Origin: a virus
Strand: one strand, 5' to 3'
IMG/VR virus record: IMGVR_UViG_3300024261_000005
Length of the DNA: 64,000 nucleotides
In this document: positions 41,401-49,497 of the stretch, one piece after another
Numbering within the stretch: position 1 is the stretch's first letter
Layout of the letters: each line of letters opens with the position of its first letter
Position numbers and translations under genes: made by a program
The notes under the pieces: model-generated
The model's input: only the letters and a program-made list of their open reading frames with translations
Database searches by the model: none
Told to the model about the DNA's origin: nothing

Positions 41401-44400
41401 AGCATCGCCAAGCATATCACCCGTAAACATCCGGCTACGTTCCCTGCGCGTGAGCAGTCAAAGAAATTTGTACTGAACACGTTCGATGACGTGGTCTTGG
41501 AGAAGGGTGGTTGGCTTCGTAGCTTTGATGAATATATGAACACCGGAGACTCTTCAGAGTTACTTCTAGTCTCCAAGTTCCTTTCTGCCCCTGGTGGGAC
41601 TCCAGGACAGGGGAACGTCGGTGGTGTGACGCAATGTGCTGCTGCACCCATGTTGTTCTGCGAATGGCACTGGGTTAAGAAAGGTGGCAAAGACGTTTAT
41701 GAGCCTGTCAATCCAGCTGCTCGTAAGTTAGTCAACTATCTCTATCTGTGTCAGCAGATTGCAATTGATAGGCAGAAATATTACTACCTAGCACCGTCAC
41801 TTCTATTCTGGTTCCTTGCTGACTTGACTGTTGGTGAGGCAGTCATTAAGCAGCTGAAAGCAGGTGGCCATGTAGACTCTAAGTGGCTTCACAGTCATTA
41901 CCCTATTCAGGGTGCTGCTGATATGTCGTTCGAAGAATACCAACAGGCTTGGGAGAATGGTACTCTACCAGAGATCTCAGAAGTAATACCCGGTATGGGT
42001 AAGGGCGCTCTTGGTGGAGAGTCTGTCGCTCCAATGATGTATAATAACGGTCCGCTTTATGTGCACACGGCATGGCAGGTTAATGCCATCAACCTCGGCT
42101 TCGGTTACTTTGACGAGAAAATGATGACTGAGCTTTCTGAGTTCTTCGATAAAGAGACCGCTCAGACTGCTAATTGGGGAGCCATTGTCAAACACCTTGG
42201 TCTCACCATCTCAGCTGAAAAACTGGAAGAAATGTGGGTTTGGCCTAGCTACATCACAGGGTGGGTTGGACTCAATTTCCGGAGCAATCAAGATTTAGCT
42301 CCAGAAACATTCCAATCAGCCCGAATCCACGCAAATAATGTGTGGTTAGAAAAGATGGCAAAAGCTGGACTGAATGCAGATCCTGCAGTTACATTGTCTG
42401 AAAGTCCTCTTGCTGAGGTTCTGAAAGAAGAAGCCGGTGATTACGCTATTGAAATGAAACCGTGGGCTACTCGTTTGCTTGCGACTACTATATACCGTTC
42501 ATATGTCGGTGAAAGTTCAAACGCGGTTGAAGCGATGAGTCAAAGCGCTAGAACCCAAACCGATCATCACGCATCAGGTGCGGACAAGTTGTCGTTCCTT
42601 CGTGCAGCGTTGACATCACGTGACATGAACGTAGAAGTCGCAGATATGTCCGTGATGGATAAGATCAAGAACCTTCGTTTCATCTGGGCTAAAGCTCTTC
42701 AGAATGACAAAATGTCAGATGAGCGACGCTATCAAGTGCTCTGTGCAATGATGCACTTCGGTATCTGTGTAATTAAAGATTGTCTTGATGACATAGAAAA
42801 CGATAAGACCAGTGTTATCGCCACAAATGTGATCTGGGCACTTGAGGATCATACCATTGCTGACATTGCCAAGCTAACTACAAGCGAGGCGTGGAGAGCA
42901 TGGCGCAATGAGAACGATGCAGACCGCAGTACTGCAGTAGCAAAAGAGCGGCGTGAAGCGATGGACAGTGTTCGCAAGTTGATGAATAAAGATGGATTTT
43001 ACCATTGGATTTCAGAGCAAAACCTTAGCACCTTAAAGGCTGAGGATATCGCTACTTGGCTCATCATGGACGGCGAAGAAAGCCACAGTAAGATCATCGA
43101 CTTCATCGGTAGCGATTTCTTTGGTGCTATTGGAGAAGGTTGGGATCGTCAAGAGCTCAAAGAATCTCGCAATAGTGTTGAAGAAGAACTTAACGGTGCT
43201 TTGCAGCATTTGAAGAAAATTCCCGTTGATGACAATTTCATGGATGGGGTTGAAACATATGCTCGAGATCTGATTCAATGGATCCGAGACGATGAGCTAG
43301 AAGCTCAAAGTGGTGAGAAGACTGACGAGGCTCAAATGGCGTGGTATTCTTTGAATGCACGTGAATATGAGCGTGAGGTTGCGTCAATCACTCGACCAAT
43401 CACTTCGATGATTCGTCTTGTGAAGCATCAGATGAGAATCCTCGTTCATAATGTTAACAATGGTGTTAACTTCGAGGACGAGGAAGCAGCTTTCTGGCCT
43501 GCAATCGAAGGAGCCCTCTTCGGCACTCATAAGGAGTTGAATGAGGAAACTGGAGAATGGGAAGAAGTAACTCACGTAGAAAGCCGCATCGTTTACGAAT
43601 TACCAGAGCAACATCTCGCAGAAATGAACCTAGCTGCACTTGAGCAAGGTTATGATGTGGAGATTTTGGTGAATATGATAAATGGTGCTCGCAACTTCTA
43701 CGCAGATGATGAGGGTGAGATTGAGTATCCATCAGAGCCTGAAGAGTATTATCTTACACGAAAAGGGTACATCCATTTGAGCTCTATTATGACGCAAATG
43801 GTTCTTGGAACTAAAAGTCGTGAAGATGTATTGGTATGGCTACTTGCCCAATTTAAAGGCGGTGTAGGTCATGTTACTACTAGTCAACACCTCACTATGG
43901 CGTATGGTCCTGCTGAAGGGCGTGACCACTTCTGGTTCGTAACTTTGGAGCAGTATCCTCAGTTCCACAACGACCTTGTCGTTTGTGAAGTGCAAGCAGC
44001 GTTCGAAGAGTGCTACCCAGAACGTGTGGCTATCGAGTACTTCCATGACGACGATGAAGAGACCCTTGATGCGTTGGAATGCTTTGGTGATCCTCAAAAT
44101 CACAGTGAAGATGATGCGGAGTACTACGAGAATTACTATCGTGAACGATTCGAAGTAGAGCTTTACCTACCACCACTATTTGGTGGCCGTTCTAACTGGG
44201 ATGAGTTGTACGATGGTAAGTACAGTAAGTTCTATGACCAGCAGCTCGTTATGACCCCTTATAAGATGCTACGTACGTATGCATTCATGATGGAGGGTAA
44301 AGATGTGTCTCAAATGAGCCTTCCTACTGAAGTGCGTGATTTCCAGAATGACGTCTTTGGCTACACTGTTGGTGACAGTAAAAAGCAAGATAAGTCACAG

Positions 44401-44940
44401 CAAAGTAGAGAAGCTGACAAACGTACTGGACGTAAGCCTAAACACACAGCTCTAAAGAACAACATGACTAAGAAGTCTTGTGCTACTTGGACATGGGCTG
44501 GAGTTGAGAAACCAATCACTTCAGATCTTGATGTTGATTTTAACGGTTCTGACAACTTGCAGGAGAGTAACAATTTCTGTGATATCAGTGTCCGTGGTTA
44601 CGATAACCATCAGTATGATGAGTGTTGGCGTGGTGCTTACAGCTTGGTGCGTTTTACACCAAGTTTATTGTGGAGCTTCGCTAATGTTATGGAGAGCGGC
44701 GACTTCCAAGAAATCAATGCACGATCTATTGCCAAGGTTGGTACGTCCTCTGTTCGTCGCTACTGTGTGGGTTTCCGTAAGGCTAACTTCACTCAAATGG
44801 TCAAGGGCGTCACAGTAAAGTCTGTAGAGATGAATTCGACAGTGGTACGCGCCCTCTTTGATATCCTTGCGAATGAAGAAGAGTTGGAAATCGGTATGGA
44901 TGCCTTAGGTGGTCCTGACCGTCCATTCACTGTGGATTGA
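38413..44940 (+). CDS. Single-chain two-barrel RNA polymerase (YonO/QDE-1 RdRP-like) with HhH insertion
   Basis: Ordered motifs NDGG, QFR...SKG, GRTP, CGDNDGD (41347-41367), GNVG, QIAIDRQK; HhH VNAATEQQLCLVHGIGIETAKKII. Confidence 0.75.
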   Translation: MRNAIISFFFGLLWTTVCYSVYVAPQAASVSVVDAAPTYVAEAPKSLATNRTTPATVKIDHLRSTTINSGSSTPSQSTFPINHSALRPNNCRIVRRRKLKSRKGNHLIGDVFIKFIFSYHRVTYMSDNWLCYEETPYTEADFKVSDPAKARKKAKKSWRQLKGEATRLYQKAAVLRLRNPEYPPAIARAVFAKAQKLHHRANVMKKALKESQPTARQQRLFRRELFRAQAKTCQQFIKAEMVSNVDEANELIQKVLSGDTNGTALRLLQKNQLGRIYIKHGLLQVAAKEEKVERPTNPRVVHHKVKQEETPVRVWTPLMRAAIVLVAPLMLGMSADAGTLVEVAYAGATTATILKMTLQNILNTPARKREAAQDGYNRYAEQSIKSAKSSEWDVFSLMRFSRSGKGGVNPNGKAHLTDKQKGRCVRIVQDSIGGAYCPKVKSFAKMLGIELGVDNCLRYEIDDQMDEVLKADVVEILMAARFIILCDGFAVHESIARPFIEYGEAMFENAVGVRSYFRSLVTTPSLYVVNEDLPIFLADLATLMGWVENDGGAVHTNRLSISMQFRGIAKVLEKKYHVLSKGISTGAKVIADITDGIDKPSFVNYEGDEPGHVKGEVRLSKKVDECIRVAVEEEFNALHAVNAATEQQLCLVHGIGIETAKKIIKARVDAGGRFTDMDAFYGVSKRLDPNNPDALKVLRWTFGHKERVYSVGLFLDKSTLKGADKNAWDFDKLNLFGINGQNVDFWAIAIDQIGGEISLGWQVVQLLDADFIGGLFQNLDGSYGIAAEKLAKQIDNAIEAEHPLVKKLINAIDDEGGEYEDLMPAVKAISVLQGLGKTASKRISNGLGAKAGSYYVQMIDMGGDWVIIKTPKAKDGKGFKRWAACFFGRTPNQGHETVRAPMALSPSYVGAFLRDYLKDGLEGVEKHGKQAEQFCMKLNINCGHDNDATRLRCRAILTMLPGVIDGIALVDSTLQQKVCGDNDGDRNMISFDKMLVSIAKHITRKHPATFPAREQSKKFVLNTFDDVVLEKGGWLRSFDEYMNTGDSSELLLVSKFLSAPGGTPGQGNVGGVTQCAAAPMLFCEWHWVKKGGKDVYEPVNPAARKLVNYLYLCQQIAIDRQKYYYLAPSLLFWFLADLTVGEAVIKQLKAGGHVDSKWLHSHYPIQGAADMSFEEYQQAWENGTLPEISEVIPGMGKGALGGESVAPMMYNNGPLYVHTAWQVNAINLGFGYFDEKMMTELSEFFDKETAQTANWGAIVKHLGLTISAEKLEEMWVWPSYITGWVGLNFRSNQDLAPETFQSARIHANNVWLEKMAKAGLNADPAVTLSESPLAEVLKEEAGDYAIEMKPWATRLLATTIYRSYVGESSNAVEAMSQSARTQTDHHASGADKLSFLRAALTSRDMNVEVADMSVMDKIKNLRFIWAKALQNDKMSDERRYQVLCAMMHFGICVIKDCLDDIENDKTSVIATNVIWALEDHTIADIAKLTTSEAWRAWRNENDADRSTAVAKERREAMDSVRKLMNKDGFYHWISEQNLSTLKAEDIATWLIMDGEESHSKIIDFIGSDFFGAIGEGWDRQELKESRNSVEEELNGALQHLKKIPVDDNFMDGVETYARDLIQWIRDDELEAQSGEKTDEAQMAWYSLNAREYEREVASITRPITSMIRLVKHQMRILVHNVNNGVNFEDEEAAFWPAIEGALFGTHKELNEETGEWEEVTHVESRIVYELPEQHLAEMNLAALEQGYDVEILVNMINGARNFYADDEGEIEYPSEPEEYYLTRKGYIHLSSIMTQMVLGTKSREDVLVWLLAQFKGGVGHVTTSQHLTMAYGPAEGRDHFWFVTLEQYPQFHNDLVVCEVQAAFEECYPERVAIEYFHDDDEETLDALECFGDPQNHSEDDAEYYENYYRERFEVELYLPPLFGGRSNWDELYDGKYSKFYDQQLVMTPYKMLRTYAFMMEGKDVSQMSLPTEVRDFQNDVFGYTVGDSKKQDKSQQSREADKRTGRKPKHTALKNNMTKKSCATWTWAGVEKPITSDLDVDFNGSDNLQESNNFCDISVRGYDNHQYDECWRGAYSLVRFTPSLLWSFANVMESGDFQEINARSIAKVGTSSVRRYCVGFRKANFTQMVKGVTVKSVEMNSTVVRALFDILANEEELEIGMDALGGPDRPFTVD

Positions 44941-45107
44941 TACACAGTAGGGGTTGAAATTCCTCTATAGCCTTATTGAGTTGTGCGTTACCAACTTGAT
45001 GGTGAATGTTTAGCATGAGTAAGGGGTTCACGTCCCGCTAAGCGTCTAATGCAGACTTACTCAAATTCGTCTTAATCAACCAGCTTGCAACATGAAAGGT
45101 TATACCC

Positions 45108-45536
45108 ATGCAAGAACTACAAGACAAAACCCTGCTGGAGATTGCTAAAGCTTTCAAAGGCTCCTTCATCTACGCCCCAGGTGGCACAGTCAATATTGGC
45201 TGTACTATCTTTGACGGGCCAGCACCTAAAAAGAAAGCTACTCAAGCTCCCAGTGAGGCCCCATCAACACCTAGACGTCGTCATCACAAGAAGGGGGAGG
45301 AAGTTACTGTCCCTCCCAAGGGTCAATCGACCCCACCCCCTTCTTGTGAAAGCGACGAAGATGATAATGGTGTAGAAGCTACCTCTGCTTCTGAAGAGAA
45401 TAACAACTCTGCAGGAAACGAGGCTAGCGAGAACTCTGATGCGTCTAATACTAATGCGTCAGCTCCTCCCTTTAGTGCTTGGGGTGCTCGTCGTCCTCGT
45501 AGTACTCGTAGAGTACCCCCAGCCGGGTCGGCTTAA
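45108..45536 (+). CDS. Hypothetical, largely disordered protein
   Basis: GAAAGG SD; low-complexity Ser/Asn/Glu/Pro content. Confidence 0.6.
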   Translation: MQELQDKTLLEIAKAFKGSFIYAPGGTVNIGCTIFDGPAPKKKATQAPSEAPSTPRRRHHKKGEEVTVPPKGQSTPPPSCESDEDDNGVEATSASEENNNSAGNEASENSDASNTNASAPPFSAWGARRPRSTRRVPPAGSA

Positions 45537-45857
45537 TGCCTTGACTTCTTGCCCTCAACTTCAACCGCTCCACCTTCATAATTGATTTTAACCGCTCCAC
45601 TTTCGACTCTCTATAAGCTTTATAACTAGCTGTTAGCTTATAGTTTCAATTCAAATAGCTTCTTCATCTTTTGCTACATCATCCAGATTCAATACTCCGC
45701 CAGTATAGCTGACTCCGCACGCGGAGCCTGGGTTGCAAGCAACCCGCGCTCGCAAGCTCGCTTGCCTTGGAGTAAAGCAAGGTGATTATTATAATCTTTT
45801 TTTTATTTATTCTAAATATTAAGAAGATTCAACTTTTTTAAGTAAAAGGAGACAGAA

Positions 45858-46328
45858 ATGTCTGATCAATTAAAACTTCACGATGACGCAAATGAGTTAA
45901 GTTTACCCGAGGCACGATTGACACGGCTAAAGGTTTTACGCGACAAGGTTAATGAGAAAGCGGCATGGAATGGACGAGGTGATAAAAAGCCTGCACGTTC
46001 TCTGTTGGTTGTTGATGGTTCTGACGCAGTGCAAATTGCTTCATACCTCGCAGCTAAAGCTCAATCGTCAACAGTTACCTTTGAGGTAGCTGAGCACAAG
46101 CTCCGTGGCATCTTTGATGACCACATCCGTGAGCTTGAGCGTCAAATCGCTGACGCGGAGAAGGCCAACCAGCCCGATCCAATGCAGGCCGTTCGAGAGA
46201 TGCAAGCAGCAATGCAAGCACAGCAAGCCCAATTCATGCAAATGATGGTGGGCATGATGAGTGGTACTTCTCCCGAGGCTCCTGCTCCTGTCGAAACTGC
46301 TCCCGAGGAAACTCCTGCTGAGTCGTGA
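45858..46328 (+). CDS. Hypothetical coiled-coil protein with Gln/Met-rich C-terminus
   Basis: AAGGAG SD. Confidence 0.7.
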   Translation: MSDQLKLHDDANELSLPEARLTRLKVLRDKVNEKAAWNGRGDKKPARSLLVVDGSDAVQIASYLAAKAQSSTVTFEVAEHKLRGIFDDHIRELERQIADAEKANQPDPMQAVREMQAAMQAQQAQFMQMMVGMMSGTSPEAPAPVETAPEETPAES

Positions 46329-46479
46329 TTTTAGCGAAAGCTGCTCTTCGGAGCAGTTAGTAGTAATCTCGTAACACTTAGGCGTGACGAGACGAGACGT
46401 AAAGTCTCAAGCCATATACTTATATATTAAGGCTTAAAACTAATATATATGATTTAGACTTTTATCATAAAAAAGTCGG

Positions 46480-48460
46480 CAAAATCTTAGTTGATGCAAA
46501 CGGACGTAATGTCGCCAGTTAAATCATTGAGTAATGTCGTGCCGGATCCCTATGTGGACGAGGTGCTTGATGAGTCTACGAGTGTTGAGATACACTTGCA
46601 GCATCCATTCTAAATGGATGTCTCTCCGGAGAACGAAACATTTGGATGTAGAAATACATCAGCGCTTGGGGAAGCGCAATAGAAATATCCAACCAAAGCA
46701 CCAACAGAAAGGGAAAAAATGTTGTAGTGTTTTTGATAGGTGGGACTCGAGGCCTCTTCACTGAGGTAATGATATCCACCGTCAGCCGAAATGCTGACCG
46801 CTTAGCACCCTAAGGCTAAGTAGACTTGAGAAGTTTTTGGGTTTCATCACCTAACTGGTATCCTCTACCAGTAAATAAAACAGAGGTTTTGGAGAATAGT
46901 TTAGGGCTATTCTAGGGTTTGCAGCTATATTGCCGCCCACCATTTAAAATAAGTAGTGAATACCCGCTGGAGAGATTAAGCATCTCCAGTCTGCCTTACA
47001 CAGTCTGATTAGTGTATGAGGTAGGAAGGGGAGTGACTCTTAAAGTCAAAAGTGCCAACCGAACAGATAGGTTGGTTCCGAGTTCTCATGCTTGGAGGTA
47101 AGTCATAGTTAATGGGTGCCATCTCTCAGGATCGAGTGCGATGGTAGAAGCGGAGTTAGCAGTAGAGCGATCTTACGGTGTGCGCACACCAAACTGCTAT
47201 AAAGACTCTGTGGAGGAAAGTGTAGTTGAGATGAAAGTCTTGATGAACAACCTCGTTAAAACAATGTAGGCATGACGTCCTGAATACTCTTCTGAGTGAA
47301 TGGGCCTGATGTGTTGCTTTCGGGCAACGAATCATGACGAGTTACCAATCTCATTAAAATTGGTTCCATGAGCTACGAGAATGGCAACATGGGTAATTAG
47401 CTAGGGTGTGCAAGCCGAAGCTGCGGAGAAGGAACTCCGTCAAATCAAACGTCCCGGTATTCATATACAATTGACGCCCGCAACCTGATTGTGGAAATCG
47501 AAAGGTATGATAAGAACCGGGGCTATTAGATACGTAACAACGTACTAGCTCATCATTCGGATGAGCAGGTAGTCAACAACTTCTCAGGGACCATATGGTG
47601 TGTGCACGCACCTCCCTACCGTTATTTCCTAGGAATAACGACAATAAGGTATAGCTTCTAAGGAATATATAAGAAGCTGAACGGATTTAACTCAAAGCGG
47701 TTTGAGTTTCGTCTGAAAAAAGATCCCCATCATGTAAGATCCTACCAGGTCTAAAGGATGGGGGGACGAAGTAGTCAAGGGTTTAAAAACCCCAGTCCCA
47801 GCTACTTCAAACAAGGTGTGTTGGAGGGGTGGAAGAACTGCAAGTATACTTGTGGATCTTCCACCTCAGAAGGCATATCTTGGGCTCAAGCTGTAATACA
47901 GCCTAAGCCACCCCGTCGCCAACGGGGTCAATAAATCGCATAAGGTTCGCTTTATGTTATTCATTGACCTTCTTGGTCATTAATCATGCAGTAGGACCTC
48001 CCTTGACAAGGAGGGCGATCTGCACCAGCGACAGAAGTCAACTGTCCCTGGTTGAGTGGTGGAAAGCTCCCTTTTTATAGCTGAACAATTCCACTCTGTG
48101 ATAGGGTCCTCCCGAGAAAAGGAGCATCTTTGGACCGACCACCCCATATTATATTGTGGGATCTGGAAGGCGACAAGGTGAAGACCCGAACGAGCGCCAC
48201 GATCAAAGTGGCCTCACCTATCAAGCCCCGCATCGAAGTGATGTGGGCCGGAGTAGAGTTCCCCAGTTAGGGTAGAGCTCCTCCGATGAGAAATGTGCGA
48301 TTAGAGCGCGCAGAGTGGGGTAAGGTCCAGCTGATTTAGGGCCCAGGGAGAAAGTCAAAATGTGCGTTTAAAGCACGTGAGAACTGTTTTCCTAGGGGGT
48401 AGAGACTTATTATTTTGGCCAAAAATGACGAGATGTGACAATTTACTTGTCTTTCCTTGT
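46480..48460 (+). ncRNA. Candidate giant structured ncRNA (about 2 kb; boundaries and strand approximate)
   Basis: No credible ORF; dozens of near-perfect hairpins and nested long-range helices containing G-U pairs on the + strand. Confidence 0.65.
47271..47336 (+). ncRNA. Type III hammerhead-like fold with variant core
   Basis: CATGA-C-GTCC...GGGC-CTGATGT-GTTGC(TTTCGG)GCAAC-GAA-TCATG. Confidence 0.45.
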
Positions 48461-48536
48461 CATAATGAGGTTAAAAGTAGCTATAAATACCTAATATATA
48501 AGGGTTTATAGTTATAAAGATAGAAAGTCGGGGTGC

Positions 48537-48624
48537 ACCTAGTCAAACCCTAGTCCAGCCCTACTCCAACCCTACCTCAGCCCTAGTCCAACCCTAGTCC
48601 AACCCTACCTCAAAGCTAGGCAAA
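48537..48624. repeat. 11-bp degenerate tandem repeat, about 8 copies (consensus CCCTAGTCCAA)
   Basis: acctagtcaaa/ccctagtccag/ccctactccaa/ccctacctcag/ccctagtccaa/ccctagtccaa/ccctacctcaa/agctaggcaaa. Confidence 0.9.
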
Positions 48625-48796
48625 CCCAACAATAGGGGCTCTAAAAGCCCCTTTCAGCAGTAAACCTGCTACAGTCCATCTCTCTGTTGCGAGACATATC
48701 TTACTCACTTGTTGTTTAGTGGGGTAGTTTTGTCTCTTTAAGCTACTTGCACAAATGTTAAATTGTGCTTTAGTTTTGTTCCTTATAGAGAGAAAA

Positions 48797-49075
48797 ATGG
48801 ATATGCGCGCCCTTTTAAGAAGTGCGCTATCCCAATCACCACCGAAAGAAAGAGCAAGGCTCATGAATGAACCCTCCCCCAACCTTATAGAGGAACTCAA
48901 AGGTGACTCGATAAAGGACTTCGACAAAGCGAAAGCCTTTATCAAAACCCACCCACAATGGGCTGAGTTCTTCGAGTCTTGGGGCCAGCCAGGATCGCTT
49001 GGTGACCTCATTCTTTTAGTCACCTTTAAAGGTGACATTATTGTGAATTGTCATGTCCATCAGGGCATGCACTAA
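48797..49075 (+). CDS. Hypothetical protein
   Basis: ORF in the track (48755); purine-rich SD-like sequence before ATG 48797. Confidence 0.45.
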   Translation: MDMRALLRSALSQSPPKERARLMNEPSPNLIEELKGDSIKDFDKAKAFIKTHPQWAEFFESWGQPGSLGDLILLVTFKGDIIVNCHVHQGMH

Positions 49076-49085
49076 TTCACACACA

Positions 49086-49135
49086 ACGCCTAGCCCTCTT
49101 GGGGGACTTTGATAGATTCGACTTCTATTAGGTGT
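49086..49135 (+). ncRNA. Mini tRNA-like element (acceptor + one hairpin + T arm)
   Basis: ACGCCTA/TAGGTGT acceptor; ATAGA-TTCGACT-TCTAT T arm. Confidence 0.5.
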
Positions 49136-49139
49136 TTTA

Positions 49140-49277
49140 GGAAAATCCGTAGAGATAGAGAACCAGCAAGTTCTTTATTGAAGCCGTTATAAGTTTTGCT
49201 GAGCTTATATTCGAAAAAAGGATGGTGCTCGCGCGCGGTTATTGCGAGTTGCAGGGGTTCGACTCCTCTGTATTCCG
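49140..49277 (+). ncRNA. tRNA-like RNA with internal kissing-loop domain
   Basis: GGAAAAT/GTATTCC acceptor (one mismatch); AGGGG-TTCGACT-CCTCT T arm; complementary loops CAGCAA/TTGCTG. Confidence 0.55.
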
Positions 49278-49293
49278 TTACATCAGCCTATGG

Positions 49294-49497
49294 GGAGAGA
49301 ATCACTAATCCCGGTATAGTGGTTTGTCTGCAACCTTGACAACTGTGCAAAGAGTCAACAACGTGACGGAAGTAGGACGCCTTAACGTTATTGGAAGTAT
49401 GCATGGTTAGACATCGATTGAGATGTGGTTACCGCCACATGTCCTAAACCTCAATCTAAAGCAGACAGAATAGAAGGTTCGAATCCTTCCCTCTCCA
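49294..49497 (+). tRNA. tRNA-like RNA (possibly Cys-GCA) with about 130-nt structured insert in the anticodon arm
   Basis: GGAGAGA/CCTCTCC acceptor; CACT/AGTG D arm; TTTGTCTGC/GCAGACAGA extended anticodon stem; GAAGG-TTCGAAT-CCTTC T arm. Confidence 0.6.

Noticed and set aside
45010-45060. Pistol-ribozyme-like CTAAGCG motif after the polymerase gene
   Set aside because: Lacks the conserved UUAAAUAG-type linker and the second stem.
46534-46779. Short ORFs within the structured region; also 53270-53458 over the tRNAs
   Set aside because: No clear SD, atypical composition, and they overlap stems or tRNAs.
46480-48460. rRNA, RNase P RNA or group I/II intron identity for the large non-coding region
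   Set aside because: Only short look-alikes (GAGGAAAGT, AATTGACG..CCCGCA, AACGAGCGC, CGTGAGA). No matching RNase P P4 partner, no convincing group II domain V, no recognisable group I core and no interrupted host gene.
48537-48624. CRISPR array or telomerase-like product of the nearby RNA
   Set aside because: No spacers and the unit is only 11 bp. The only complementary stretch noticed in the RNA (CTAGGGTTTG, about 46912) is short enough to be chance.
49294-49497. tmRNA or amber-suppressor/Pyl tRNA
   Set aside because: It has a D stem, no G3-U70 and no Ala-ending tag. The TCTAAA near the insert end does not sit in a 7-nt loop, and genes show no sign of TAG recoding.
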